Positions 10,682-20,709 of a stretch of DNA of 64,000 nt are shown one piece after another (positions within the stretch are counted from its first letter, which is position 1; each line of letters opens with the position of its first letter). This stretch comes from Marinicella sp. GTDB taxonomy: Bacteria; Pseudomonadota; Gammaproteobacteria; Xanthomonadales; Marinicellaceae. A program made the translations under genes and the position numbers. Location: positions 1,952,001 to 2,016,000 of the forward strand of contig OZ246001.1 of the NCBI GenBank assembly GCA_965230295.1, written 5' to 3'. The notes below the pieces were generated by a model, which made no database searches, was not told the DNA's origin, and saw only the letters and a list, made by a program, of their open reading frames with translations.

Positions 10682-10872
10682 AGGCATGGCTTAAAATCGT
10701 ATTGACGTTAGCGGCACTGACGTTGGCTGAGCCTGGTCGGGCCATGACGGGTATAGATTCGGTGGCTTATTTGTGGGTGATTGGCTTGATATTAATGGGC
10801 ATTTTGGGCTTGCTGGTGTGGGTGATTAAATTTCTGAACCGTGTAAAAGAGGATTCAAAAAAACATGAATGA
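10678..10872 (+). CDS. Small membrane protein
   Basis: MKAWLKIV..., signal-like segment plus one TM; overlaps the msrB stop and the GST start. Confidence 0.55.
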   Translation: MKAWLKIVLTLAALTLAEPGRAMTGIDSVAYLWVIGLILMGILGLLVWVIKFLNRVKEDSKKHE

Positions 10873-11527
10873 AACCATTAAATTAATCATCGGTAACAAA
10901 AATTATTCATCTTGGTCTTTGCGACCTTGGCTGCTGCTGTCTGCTCACAACATTCCATTTGAGGAAATTGTTGTGCCTTTGTATACTGACCAATCAGCTG
11001 CTGAATTGGCCCGTTATTCAGCCGCTGGAAAAGTCCCTGTTTTGCACCATGGTGATGTGGTCATTTGGGATTCGCTGGCCATTTGTGAATATGTATCAGA
11101 ACAGTTCTTGGATGGTAGCGGTTGGCCAAATGACCCTGTTGCCAGGGCATATGCCCGCTCATACAGTGCGGAAATGCATTCTGGTTTTTTTGCCATCCGT
11201 GAAAATTTACCAATGAATTGCCGGGCATCGGATCGGAAGGTTACATTGACGGATGACATCAACAAAGAAGTGTCGCGATTGGATCATATGTGGACTGAAC
11301 TGCGTAACAAATATGCTGCTCAGGGACCGTGGCTATTAGGAAAATTTTCCATCGCAGATTGCATGTTCGCCCCTGTGGCCATTCGGTTCCATACCTACAA
11401 CATTCAGGTGTCTGAAACAGCTGGTCAATACATGCAACAGGTTCTAGAGTACCCAAAAGTTCAACAATGGATGGCCGAAGGTGAAGAAGAAACAGAGGTC
11501 ATCGAAGGATTTGAAGTTGGCCAGTAA
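10865..11527 (+). CDS. Glutathione S-transferase family protein
   Basis: IGNKNYSSWSLRPW, GKVPVL, WDSLAICEY, FSIADCMFAP. Confidence 0.93.
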   Translation: MNETIKLIIGNKNYSSWSLRPWLLLSAHNIPFEEIVVPLYTDQSAAELARYSAAGKVPVLHHGDVVIWDSLAICEYVSEQFLDGSGWPNDPVARAYARSYSAEMHSGFFAIRENLPMNCRASDRKVTLTDDINKEVSRLDHMWTELRNKYAAQGPWLLGKFSIADCMFAPVAIRFHTYNIQVSETAGQYMQQVLEYPKVQQWMAEGEEETEVIEGFEVGQ

Positions 11528-11548
11528 AGAATTGAGTCAATCTATAGA

Positions 11549-11784
11549 AAGGAATGTTCTTGGGGCTTCATTCTGGTTCATGGTCTGACAGGTCTTCATA
11601 TTTGCTGCGCAAATAAACCGACCTTTACAGACTATTGTCTGAGCAGTTGCTTCGCACTGCATGTCTGTTCTAGACAAAAGTGAAAACGACCACGGCGAAC
11701 ATGACTTGCTACCTCGCGCGCTTCGCCTCTGATTCGCGATGCTCACCAGCCGGCTCGGCGGGTCGAGCTGCTCAGCAGCTTTCC
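11549..11784. repeat. Modular MITE-like repeat, copy B (236 nt; core + 92-nt module)
   Basis: Direct alignment with copies A and C. Confidence 0.92.
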
Positions 11785-11859
11785 TGTGTACACTTTTTTG
11801 CCATTGATTGATTGACAGATCCGCCTTATGATTCTTCATTTTCAATGCTGATCAATTTT

Positions 11860-12558
11860 ATGAGTAAAAATATAAAACATGTTTTCACCCTTTTAAAAAC
11901 GATTGCGATCATATTTTTATCAGTGGTGGTGTTCAATTTTTTCTTCGATCGTGCCAACCAGCCCACTGAAGAAGAACAGATAGAAGCCATGCTGGGTGAA
12001 CTTGAGAAACAAGTCAAAACAGTTACCACCAGCAAAGACTCATTTGAGTATCCCATCCAGCGCCGCCCAGCAGCTGAGTATAGGGTGACAGAAAAATCAA
12101 TAGAGGATGCGAGGGGTGATCAGTACCTGTTTATCTGTGCAGTATCTTCGGCAGTTGGCATGGTTCAGAGGGCCCAGACACTGGTGAATCTGGGATTGGA
12201 TCATCAAAATGAATTAACGGTTGATGTGGATAAAATGGTGTTGATGCTGGCCCCCGCTGAGACACTGTGTGAAGAAAGCCGGGTCATTGCCATAGGCTAT
12301 TTTGTACCTGCAGGGACTGGTTGGACAGGCATTTCATCCGGAGACTGGCAATGGTTGGTTCGTACGTCCCATGCCAAAGTGAGTGCCGATGAGATTGAAG
12401 CGACACAGCTATATATGTCAAAAAAGGCAGAATTTATTGCTGATTTTGGCATGATGGACTACCCCGATAAGCTGGATGAGTTTGTGGCTGAGCAATTAGG
12501 CAGAGACCCCAAGTACGTGACGGCTGGTATGTGGAACGATGATTTTGTGAAGCGATGA
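11860..12558 (+). CDS. Hypothetical membrane-anchored protein
   Basis: Long ORF with N-terminal TM; probable start MSKNIKH. Confidence 0.7.
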   Translation: MSKNIKHVFTLLKTIAIIFLSVVVFNFFFDRANQPTEEEQIEAMLGELEKQVKTVTTSKDSFEYPIQRRPAAEYRVTEKSIEDARGDQYLFICAVSSAVGMVQRAQTLVNLGLDHQNELTVDVDKMVLMLAPAETLCEESRVIAIGYFVPAGTGWTGISSGDWQWLVRTSHAKVSADEIEATQLYMSKKAEFIADFGMMDYPDKLDEFVAEQLGRDPKYVTAGMWNDDFVKR

Positions 12559-12628
12559 AGTGCCTAATGCATACATGTGGCCAACCACAAAACACCACAG
12601 GCTACCTGAGCAACAGGAAAGTGGCGCT

Positions 12629-13051
12629 ATGAAACAAACCATCGTACACATCGCTTTGGTGGTTAAAGATTACGATGAAGCGATTGAATTTTATACCCAG
12701 AAACTGAACTTCACCTTGCTCGAAGACCAGTACCAAGCCGAGCAAGACAAAAGATGGGTGGTGGTGGCGCCACCTGGCTCTCATGGCACCACAATCCTGT
12801 TGGCCAAAGCATCCAAACCGGAACAACAGCCGTTCATTGGAAACCAGTCAGGAGGCCGGGTGTTTTTGTTTCTGAACACCGATGATTTTTGGCGAGACTA
12901 CCATGCGATGGTGGCCAAAGGCATACATTTTGTGCGAGAACCCAAGCAGGCTGATTATGGCCTGGTGGCGGTGTTTGAAGATTTGTATGGTAACTTGTGG
13001 GATTTGTTACAACTCAACGATGATCACCCCATAAGCAAAAGATCCGGATGA
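12629..13051 (+). CDS. VOC/glyoxalase family protein
   Basis: HIALVVKDYDEAIEFY...YGLVAVFEDLYGNLWDL; GGA-type SD upstream. Confidence 0.9.
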   Translation: MKQTIVHIALVVKDYDEAIEFYTQKLNFTLLEDQYQAEQDKRWVVVAPPGSHGTTILLAKASKPEQQPFIGNQSGGRVFLFLNTDDFWRDYHAMVAKGIHFVREPKQADYGLVAVFEDLYGNLWDLLQLNDDHPISKRSG

Positions 13052-13115
13052 TCATCACCTCAGTATAGGGCAGTGGTTTATAATTGTTGTAACGACAATT
13101 AACAGGAGCCTAACC

Positions 13116-13517
13116 ATGTCTACCAATTTCATTGCCTGGGGGATCTATTTTTTATTGGCCGCACTGGCTGTCTACTTCAATTGGCACGCAGAAATTCTTC
13201 AGTTTTCAGGTCAGCTGGGACTGGTTAAGTTGGTCATTCTGTTGATTTATATAGGCTTTGTCATTTACAGCTATTATTGCAGTAAGCGTGAAAACATTTT
13301 TCGATCAGTGAAATCAATGGGCCAACTACATTGGGGTCGTCAGATCATGATAGACCTGTATCTGGGCTTTTTGCTGAGTTTATTCATCATATTTTTGCAC
13401 CAAGGACTGCTTGTGATGGCCTTGTGGGCCTTACCTATTCTGTTGTTTGGCAACTTGGCAACTTTGTTGTATTTTGTCATTCATTTTGAATCATTGGTCA
13501 GTCATTTTATGGCCTAA
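13116..13517 (+). CDS. Membrane protein (DUF1475-like)
   Basis: Four hydrophobic segments, WGRQIMIDLYLG, FGNLATLLY; AGGAG SD. Confidence 0.7.
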   Translation: MSTNFIAWGIYFLLAALAVYFNWHAEILQFSGQLGLVKLVILLIYIGFVIYSYYCSKRENIFRSVKSMGQLHWGRQIMIDLYLGFLLSLFIIFLHQGLLVMALWALPILLFGNLATLLYFVIHFESLVSHFMA

Positions 13518-13585
13518 CCAGCCATCAGTTGTCCAAAGTACGACATCAATAGTATAATGGCTTGTCCAAACATCAGGAGCATCCC

Positions 13586-14041
13586 ATGCGCACATTATTG
13601 ATCATTTTTACTTTGGTAAACATCACACTTTTTAAATCGGTTGAAGCAGCACCAGAGATACCTGATCCAAAGTTGCGAGCAGCGGTGGAAGCACTGTCAG
13701 CTTCAACCTTAGTTGATGGCAAAGGCTGGGAAGCCTACGATCGACTGGTTCACCCAGGTTATTCTCGATGGGCCATGGGACAAATTTACGAAGGTCGAGA
13801 AAAGTTTATCAGAAGCCTTGAAGAATGGTGGAACTATGGTATGCGAGTGGCCAAACGCGATATTGAAATGATTGGTGTTGATGTGGTTGGTAACTTGGCT
13901 TTTATACGTTTCAAAACCACTGAGTCATTTACCGGTCCAAACGGTCCAACGGCAGGATTTTCTGGCTATGTATCCAATGTCTGGATCAAGGAAAACGACA
14001 ATTGGCTGTTGTTGTCAGCGGAGATCTCATCGACAGAATAA
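13586..14041 (+). CDS. Secreted NTF2-like (DUF4440/SnoaL) protein
   Basis: Signal peptide; C-terminal VWIKENDNWLL; AGGAG SD before MRTLL. Confidence 0.75.
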   Translation: MRTLLIIFTLVNITLFKSVEAAPEIPDPKLRAAVEALSASTLVDGKGWEAYDRLVHPGYSRWAMGQIYEGREKFIRSLEEWWNYGMRVAKRDIEMIGVDVVGNLAFIRFKTTESFTGPNGPTAGFSGYVSNVWIKENDNWLLLSAEISSTE

Positions 14042-14081
14042 ATCGGCATAAGTTATTTGCTGTTCGAACAAAGTTGATTTC

Positions 14082-14936
14082 ATGAGAACTCTCAGCCAGG
14101 AACTGATGGTTTTGATTGTATTGCTTAGTGTATTTTCTCATTCAGTGGTGGCAGAAACAAATGAACCTGACAGCTCTAATTTCATCAACATCAACAAAGA
14201 TCAATTCGCAGCCAACCTTCACCTTCCCAAGAATCAAACAAACTTGTCTGTTGTTATCGTGATTGGTGGCTCCAGTGGCGGGATGCGAAGTGAAAGAGGT
14301 GAATTGTTGGCATCACAGGGTATTGCGGCTTTGACCTTGGCTTACTTCAGGTATAAAGACCTGCCAAACACTTTAGATAACATCCCGGTTGAAAGTGTGT
14401 TGGATGCGATCGACATCCTAGAAACCATTCCAGGTATTGATGCCAACCGAATTGGCATTTGGGGCGCATCACGAGGCAGCGAATTGGCTTTTTTGGCAGC
14501 AACACACGATCCTCGCATAAAGTCTGTAGTAGCAACCACGCCCAGTTTGGTCGCGTGGCACGGGCAAACCGGTTCAACAGCATGGACCTTAAAAGGCCAG
14601 CCTATCACTGCTTTGAGCTTTGATCGAAGCAGTGATCAATCCTTTTATGCAAGAGCCAGCCGTGCATTGGCAGACAAAGACCAGGTAGCCAAAGCCCAAT
14701 TCAAGTTCAATCAAATCAATGGTCCTTTATTACTTATTTCAGCAGAACAAGATCAGATTTGGCCTTCATACGAGATGGCACAGACCATCAGGAAGCAACT
14801 CGAAGATCAGGATTTTAAACACGCTGTAGAGCACCGTTCTTTCCCGACAGGTCATACCTTCAATGCTGAACTGATGCCTGAAATTAACACCATTGTCATC
14901 AGGCATTTTTTAATATCATTAGCCACATCACAGTGA
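14082..14936 (+). CDS. Alpha/beta hydrolase, acyl-CoA thioesterase/BAAT C-terminal type
   Basis: IGGSSGG, LAYF, GASRG nucleophile elbow, DQIWPS, GH. Confidence 0.85.
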   Translation: MRTLSQELMVLIVLLSVFSHSVVAETNEPDSSNFININKDQFAANLHLPKNQTNLSVVIVIGGSSGGMRSERGELLASQGIAALTLAYFRYKDLPNTLDNIPVESVLDAIDILETIPGIDANRIGIWGASRGSELAFLAATHDPRIKSVVATTPSLVAWHGQTGSTAWTLKGQPITALSFDRSSDQSFYARASRALADKDQVAKAQFKFNQINGPLLLISAEQDQIWPSYEMAQTIRKQLEDQDFKHAVEHRSFPTGHTFNAELMPEINTIVIRHFLISLATSQ

Positions 14937-14976
14937 AGATACAAGGAATTGGTTCATGCTGACGGTTGTCACTACC

Positions 14977-15068
14977 GTCATCCCGGACTCCGATCCGGGA
15001 TCCAGTGTCTTTGTCGTATATGAAGCAACCATTTAAAGACGCTGGATACCAGCCTTCGCCGGAATGAC
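14977..15068. repeat. Compact X/Y REP-doublet element (22-nt spacer)
   Basis: GTCATCCCGGACTCCGATCCGGGATCCAGTGTCTTT-N22-AAAGACGCTGGATACCAGCCTTCGCCGGAATGAC; the arms base-pair. Confidence 0.92.
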
Positions 15069-15158
15069 GTTCGTACTTTAGCCTGAGTACGGGTACATTT
15101 AAAGTCACATGATATTGCCTTGGTGTTAAAATAAGGTGACAAACCTCAAAGTGCAAAC

Positions 15159-15689
15159 ATGAACAAGAAGATCTTGACCACATTATTGCTGCTTGTAACC
15201 TGTCTGTTCGCATTGGATGCCAGCGCCATGAGTTTTAAGCTGCCCAAACCCGCTGATTTTGGACCTGAGTGGCAAGGAGGTACGGGTGTGGTGATTGAAG
15301 ACATGAGTAACCCGCCGGCATTTTTTGTTCAATCGATGGGGCAGGTGATTGAACAATACCAATCCATGGGGGTGATCAGTATGGCCAATCTGGCCTACCG
15401 GAAGCAAGCCAATGTGATGCATCAGGTTGAACTCAAAATTTTTGAATTTGATTCGGTTAAAAATGCAGTGCTGTGGAAAAAGAAAAAATACGGCCATGAC
15501 AATTGGCAGCAACATTACACCAGCACCAAAAAAGACGCGATAACCATCTTCGACAGCCTTGAAGCCAACAAACGCATTGTGTTTTATCAAAATTACTGGG
15601 TCACTGCATCGGTTTTGAATGGTGAAGATGATCATCTGTTGTTCCTGGATCATGTGATCAAATTGATTCGCACCCGCCATGAAAATTAA
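15159..15689 (+). CDS. Hypothetical secreted protein
   Basis: Sec signal peptide ending ASA; 176 aa. Confidence 0.7.
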   Translation: MNKKILTTLLLLVTCLFALDASAMSFKLPKPADFGPEWQGGTGVVIEDMSNPPAFFVQSMGQVIEQYQSMGVISMANLAYRKQANVMHQVELKIFEFDSVKNAVLWKKKKYGHDNWQQHYTSTKKDAITIFDSLEANKRIVFYQNYWVTASVLNGEDDHLLFLDHVIKLIRTRHEN

Positions 15690-15948
15690 AGACATCAAAA
15701 CTGAATTAGGTAATCAAATCATAGATGACCTGCTCAAAGATGGTTGGAAGAAAGTCAAAGAGTACAGTCTGCTCGCCTTTGATAAAGGCATTGATTATGA
15801 CAGTTACACCTTGAAAAAGGGATGGTCAAAGTTGAAGTTTGTGTGGGACAATTGGTTCGAGTGGGAAATTAATGGATCTGCCAAGGACATCAATGCATTG
15901 ATTGATCGTTACCAGTTAATGACCAAACACGAGCAAGGATCTTTATGA
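15679..15948 (+). CDS. Hypothetical protein
   Basis: 89 aa, overlaps the upstream stop, natural composition (FDKGIDYDSYTL). Confidence 0.65.
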   Translation: MKIKDIKTELGNQIIDDLLKDGWKKVKEYSLLAFDKGIDYDSYTLKKGWSKLKFVWDNWFEWEINGSAKDINALIDRYQLMTKHEQGSL

Positions 15949-15999
15949 GGATGGTGGTTAAGAAGTCATTCTTGATGATTACATTTAGAGGAGAAAATA

Positions 16000-16428
16000 A
16001 TGGCAAATCAAACCATGACTCGATTTGGTTATCCAGAGACATTGATTCGAAACTATGAACATTGGGTTGTGCTCTTGCGAGAACAACAGGTGACACTGGG
16101 TTCTTTGGTGTTGTGCGCCAAATCCGAGGTGACCGCATTTTCAGCACTTTCACCGAGTGCCTTCAATGAGATGGATCAGGTGATCAAAGACATTGAGCGG
16201 GTATTAAAAGCGGCATTTGACTATGACAAGATTAATTATCTGATGCTGATGATGGTTGATCCCAATGTGCATTTTCATGTCATACCGAGATATGCGGAGC
16301 CGCGCAGTGCTTGTGGGTTGACAGTGTCGGATGCGGGTTGGCCGATGGCGCCAGAGCTGGGTGTCGTCACAGCACTGTCGGCAGCAGAACGCGATGCCTT
16401 GCGTTCACATTTGGTTGAATTTTGGTGA
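16000..16428 (+). CDS. HIT family hydrolase
   Basis: KINYLMLMMVDPNVHFHVIPRY; AGGAG SD. Confidence 0.9.
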   Translation: MANQTMTRFGYPETLIRNYEHWVVLLREQQVTLGSLVLCAKSEVTAFSALSPSAFNEMDQVIKDIERVLKAAFDYDKINYLMLMMVDPNVHFHVIPRYAEPRSACGLTVSDAGWPMAPELGVVTALSAAERDALRSHLVEFW

Positions 16429-16603
16429 ACACACTCGAAACAAGCGTCATGACCCGGTTGTCCGAAAGGCCCCATACTGCTGTAGGCCGCATGGTGGATC
16501 AGAACTCAGTCCGAAAATAAGGTGTTTTTGTGATAATCTGTGGTCATAATCATCAATGTGCTCCAAAGACACCACGGGTGAATTGATGACATAGGAGAAA
16601 CAA

Positions 16604-17218
16604 GTGGAAGGTTATTTGCTGTTTGCCATTGTTGCTGTTGCAACCATATCAAGTCCTGGGCCTGGTGTGTTACTGACTTTAACCAATGCCATGCGATATG
16701 GTTTTTCTGGCGCCATTGGTGGTATTGTGGGCATCGCTTTTGGCACGTTGATCGTTGCGGGTATTGCTGCCACAAGTGTGGGTGTGATCCTGGCCACGTC
16801 ATCTGTTGCATTCACTGTCATTAAATACGTGGGTGCGGTCTATTTGATATTCCTGGGGGTCAAACTGTGGCGCTCGCCTGTCGCTGACGTGAATGCTGTC
16901 AAACCAAAAAACAGGGGCATTAAAACTCAGTTCGCAGAAGGTCTGATGATTCAATTAACCAACCCCAAAGCGGTTTTCTTTTTTATTTCTATTTTTCCAC
17001 AATTTGTTGATTATTCATCACAACAATACGTCGCCCAATTCATCTTGCTGGTGGTTACATACAGTGGCTTGAATTTAATCATACATTGTCTTTATGCCTA
17101 CCTGGCGAAGTCCGCTCGTGTTTGGTTGTCATCAGAACGAGGTGGTCGGCTGGTTAATCGGACCGGTGGCGGTGTATTCGTGTGTTTCGGGGTCGGCTTG
17201 GCATCAGCCAATAAATAA
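16604..17218 (+). CDS. LysE/RhtB family translocator
   Basis: SPGPG, KYVGAVYLIFLG, TNPKA; GTG start after AGGAG. Confidence 0.92.
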   Translation: MEGYLLFAIVAVATISSPGPGVLLTLTNAMRYGFSGAIGGIVGIAFGTLIVAGIAATSVGVILATSSVAFTVIKYVGAVYLIFLGVKLWRSPVADVNAVKPKNRGIKTQFAEGLMIQLTNPKAVFFFISIFPQFVDYSSQQYVAQFILLVVTYSGLNLIIHCLYAYLAKSARVWLSSERGGRLVNRTGGGVFVCFGVGLASANK

Positions 17219-17251
17219 AAGCCAGAGAGGAGTTGTTGGTATAACAGGTGT

Positions 17252-18271
17252 TCACAAACCCAATGCCGCTGCCCATTGTTGGTAAATGGCAGGTCCATTG
17301 AATTCATGGCGATAGCTTACTTCTGGTAATTCACGCTGCCATTGGGCCAGGGTCTTGGTGATTTGGTAGTTATCTTCGGCATTAATCAGGGCGTTGTTTG
17401 GGTGTAGGATTTCACGCGCAGCACCAATGTCATGTGCCATCACAGGTGTTCCCAGGGCGTTGGCTTCGGCATAAATCAGACCAAAGGTTTCAGCAAAGGT
17501 GTCTTGTGGGTAGAACACACACAAACTGGTTGCCAGGTGGTGTTTAACCTGATCGCCAGGTAAAGCACCCAAGTAATGGACATTCGGTATGTCTTGTCGA
17601 TGATCTTCTCGGTAACCTGGGTTAGCGACAAATAATTGCAAATCTTTCAGGTGGCGGTTGATTTGTTGAAAAGTCCTCAGGACCTGTTTTAAACCTTTAT
17701 TGGGTGCCGAGAGAAACAACAGTTTATTGGGATCTCGCTTGGCGGATACCGCATCGCCTAACCTTGATGGGATGGGGTTGTAGCAGGTTTTGATGGCCAC
17801 CGGTTTTTTAAATAAATTGTAAATGCGACCAATAAAACTGCGATTGAGAATTTTGTCACAATGTTCGGCATGGGTTTTTGAGTTGGTGATCAACTGCCAG
17901 GGACGTTTGGTGCGAATGCCGCGTTTGAACACATATTCCCAATTCTTGTAGGTGTGAATCCACAAATGGAGCTGTGCATCGGGGAATTGTTCCTGAAACA
18001 CCAACAGCTGTGGGAATTTCCTCAGTATGATGACGTGTTGAGGTGGTTCTTGTAAGTTATCAAGTTGTACAGGACCGATGAAATCAATGTTGTTCTGTCG
18101 GGTGGCCTGGGTCCGGCGTTGCTGAAAGATGGTGATGGTGTGGCCATTGTTTTTCAGGATGTGGGCGGTGCGCAAGAAGCTGGATTCGGTGCCGCCCATG
18201 GCATAGGTGGCTAAACTGACAAAATCATAAGGTTTGGGGTGTGAGGTGTCCGCTAATAGTATATGTGCCAT
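17252..18271 (-). CDS. Glycosyltransferase (GT-B, family 4-like)
   Basis: MGGTE, ETFGLIYAEANALGTPV...GAARE. Confidence 0.88.
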   Translation of the reverse strand: MAHILLADTSHPKPYDFVSLATYAMGGTESSFLRTAHILKNNGHTITIFQQRRTQATRQNNIDFIGPVQLDNLQEPPQHVIILRKFPQLLVFQEQFPDAQLHLWIHTYKNWEYVFKRGIRTKRPWQLITNSKTHAEHCDKILNRSFIGRIYNLFKKPVAIKTCYNPIPSRLGDAVSAKRDPNKLLFLSAPNKGLKQVLRTFQQINRHLKDLQLFVANPGYREDHRQDIPNVHYLGALPGDQVKHHLATSLCVFYPQDTFAETFGLIYAEANALGTPVMAHDIGAAREILHPNNALINAEDNYQITKTLAQWQRELPEVSYRHEFNGPAIYQQWAAALGL

Positions 18272-18295
18272 CTCAATGTGTTCCGGTCAATTCAA

Positions 18296-18958
18296 TCAAT
18301 TGGCTTTACAGATCACTTCGTTTTGACTGATGTCTTGGTAAGTGTCTTTGAGGTCGGGCAGTGAATTCAACTGAGATTCTGTAACGCTGAAATCCAGCCA
18401 AAACTCTGGCCATTGTTCTATGCGTATTTCTTTATTGACGTTGAAACCTTTTTTCGACAATTCTGCGATGCGGCTATCGGCATTATAGGGTTCACGGTAC
18501 AGGCCCAGAGAGATGGAGTTCTCATTGTCTCCAGAAGTGACCACATAATAGTCTTTGACAAAAGCCGCGGCCAACTCACGGCCTTTTTTCAATGCTTCAG
18601 CGCGGCTGGCCAAGGCCGGAAGATAGACCCAGTAGCCTGCTTCCTGTGTCGTGGTGATCTTGCGGATGTTGGTTTTTAATACCACCTGTTCCAAAGACTC
18701 TTTGGCAGCATGTACGTTGGCTTCTACATCGAAAGGACCCGCTGAATAACACATCTGCTGAATGTTGGTGTTAAGAGAAGTGGTGGTGTCGATGTTATTG
18801 GCAAGGTTTTTTTCAGGTTCAGCTTCCGCAATCAAAGCCAGTTTGGTGACTCCTTCATCGACCACTTTGAAGGTGCTTTTAGGCTGCGGAGACAAGCGTT
18901 TGGCCCACACAAAAAAGGCAACGTTAGCCAATAAAAATATGATGAACAAATATCGCAT
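18296..18958 (-). CDS. SPOR domain-containing protein
   Basis: N-terminal LLANV TM, CYSAGPF, YWVYLP, ISLGLY; the usual neighbour downstream of birA/coaX. Confidence 0.8.
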   Translation of the reverse strand: MRYLFIIFLLANVAFFVWAKRLSPQPKSTFKVVDEGVTKLALIAEAEPEKNLANNIDTTTSLNTNIQQMCYSAGPFDVEANVHAAKESLEQVVLKTNIRKITTTQEAGYWVYLPALASRAEALKKGRELAAAFVKDYYVVTSGDNENSISLGLYREPYNADSRIAELSKKGFNVNKEIRIEQWPEFWLDFSVTESQLNSLPDLKDTYQDISQNEVICKAN

Positions 18959-18999
18959 GTAGATAAAATCAGCCTAAGTGGATAGTAACCAGCTGTGAA

Positions 19000-19752
19000 T
19001 TATAAGGCCTTGACGCTGACTTCGCCACTGGAGAAATGTTTGATTCCCAGATCGGTCTGCATCATCAATTCACCTCGGTTTGAAATACCGAGGTACTGGC
19101 CAGTTTGGTTCAGATTGACACCGGTGAGGTGAATGTTTTGACCTTTTAAGTAATCATGCTGTTGCCACTGTTGAAGGCAGTTGACTAAACCATTGGCTAT
19201 GAAGTCTTGGTTCAGTGCATACAAATGTGTCATTAATATACAGATGTATTCAGTGCGACCAGGTAAGGGATCTAAAGGCACGTTACACACTGGCTGATCG
19301 ACTTGATGGAGGTGTTTTTGGGTGAGCTGCCAGTTGATGCCGATCCCCACAATCACTTCTGTGGTTTGCTGTTGCGGCATTAAATTAATCAAGATCCCTG
19401 CAAACTTTTTTCCCTGGTGGTACACATCATTGGGCCATTTCAACTGGACTGAGGCCGCAGCATCAAAATGTTTGATGCTGTTGGTGATGGCCATAGCAAC
19501 CATCATTTGGTAACCGGCCATGTGCTCCAGTGCCATAGGCAGGATAAATCGATGGGACAAACAGATCGACTTTCCTTTGGGTGTTAGCCATTGGTTGCCA
19601 CGTCGACCAACGCCAGCCGTTTGGTGGTCTGCCACCAGCAAGCTGTTCGGTTTGACAGCATCTTGAGTGGAGGGCGTACTTTCAACATAGGTACAGTTGA
19701 TATCCGGCCAGGCAGCCTGGATGGCGTTGATGTCAATGTTCATGTCAGTCAC
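19000..19752 (-). CDS. birA: Biotin--[acetyl-CoA carboxylase] ligase lacking the N-terminal HTH
   Basis: STQD, QTAGVGRRGNQW, LKWPND, KFAGIL, GIGIN, SGEVS. Confidence 0.9.
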   Translation of the reverse strand: MTDMNIDINAIQAAWPDINCTYVESTPSTQDAVKPNSLLVADHQTAGVGRRGNQWLTPKGKSICLSHRFILPMALEHMAGYQMMVAMAITNSIKHFDAAASVQLKWPNDVYHQGKKFAGILINLMPQQQTTEVIVGIGINWQLTQKHLHQVDQPVCNVPLDPLPGRTEYICILMTHLYALNQDFIANGLVNCLQQWQQHDYLKGQNIHLTGVNLNQTGQYLGISNRGELMMQTDLGIKHFSSGEVSVKAL

Positions 19753-19760
19753 GGTATTAA

Positions 19761-20411
19761 CTACAGTGACAAAATAAAGCGTTTGATGTCTTCCAGCTCG
19801 TCCATCGACACCCCATGCTGTAAGGGGTATTCATGCCAGCTGACTTGATAACCAGCTTGTTTAAGGTTTTTAAAAGAACTTTCGCCCAGTTCATAAGGTA
19901 CCACTGGATCATAAGTGCCATGTCCCATAAACATGGGCGTTTCAAGGTTGTTCCCGGACTGTTCATCGGTGAGTTTTTCCGAAATGGGTAAATAACAACT
20001 TAAGGCAACGATGCCAGCAAACCGATGTTGAGATCTGGTAGAAGTATGTAAGGAAATGGCACCACCTTGTGAAAAGCCTGCCAGTACAATTTGTTCGGCT
20101 TTGAAGCCGGCTTTGATTTGTGCCTCAATCAATTCGAGGACGCTGGCTTCTGATTTTCTGATGCCAGCTTCATCGGGCATTTTTCCAATGTCCATCATTT
20201 TGATGTCGTACCAGGACCGCATTTCCATGCCGCCATTGATGGTCACAGGTTGTATCGGTGCGTGCGGAAATATGAACTGAATGTCTTTTTCGGGATTTTT
20301 GAACATGGGTACCACAGGTTCAAAATCGTGACCATCTGCGCCCAATCCATGCAACCAAATGACCAAAAGTTGAGGATTTTCACCTGTTTTGCGGGTAATG
20401 AATTCTAACAT
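19761..20411 (-). CDS. Carboxylesterase/phospholipase
   Basis: IWLHGLGADG, GFSQGG, HGTYDPVVP. Confidence 0.92.
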   Translation of the reverse strand: MLEFITRKTGENPQLLVIWLHGLGADGHDFEPVVPMFKNPEKDIQFIFPHAPIQPVTINGGMEMRSWYDIKMMDIGKMPDEAGIRKSEASVLELIEAQIKAGFKAEQIVLAGFSQGGAISLHTSTRSQHRFAGIVALSCYLPISEKLTDEQSGNNLETPMFMGHGTYDPVVPYELGESSFKNLKQAGYQVSWHEYPLQHGVSMDELEDIKRFILSL

Positions 20412-20496
20412 AGGGCTTGTGACTTGTTATCCAATTAAAAGCGTTCTATTATAGCGCCAATAAAGCGTAAAACACGATAAGACCATAACAATCATC

Positions 20497-20709
20497 ATGA
20501 ACAATATACAGACCTGTAAAACCAAGGTAAGCAACAAGCATAAACGAACCACCTTCGAAGGCAGACCATGGGTTCTTCTGGTGATGATGACTTGTTTATT
20601 TGGCCTGAGTGCATGTGGCAACAAAGGTGACCTCTACCTGCCTAATGAAACAGCTACCGAAGAGGCCACGGAACAAGATCTGGAAAACCCCGAGCAAGCG
20701 ATTGAGTAA
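20497..20709 (+). CDS. LptM/YifL-type small lipoprotein
   Basis: LSACGNKGDLYLP lipobox, conserved position upstream of dapF; start uncertain. Confidence 0.8.
   Translation: MNNIQTCKTKVSNKHKRTTFEGRPWVLLVMMTCLFGLSACGNKGDLYLPNETATEEATEQDLENPEQAIE

Noticed and set aside
11537-11845. Recurring short ORFs (MQCEATAQTIVCKGRF..., MVSNANQRRRARGSKSC...) at 10019, 11537, 38406 and 61470
   Set aside because: They are translations of the repeat. Starts, stops and frames differ between copies, so a conserved peptide is not supported.
16429-16603. Possible riboswitch upstream of the LysE gene
   Set aside because: No recognisable aptamer consensus or strong stem could be supported by eye.
10289-17218. Run of short co-oriented genes resembling an integron cassette array
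   Set aside because: No recurring attC structure between the genes. The only tyrosine recombinase is XerC in its normal dapF context.
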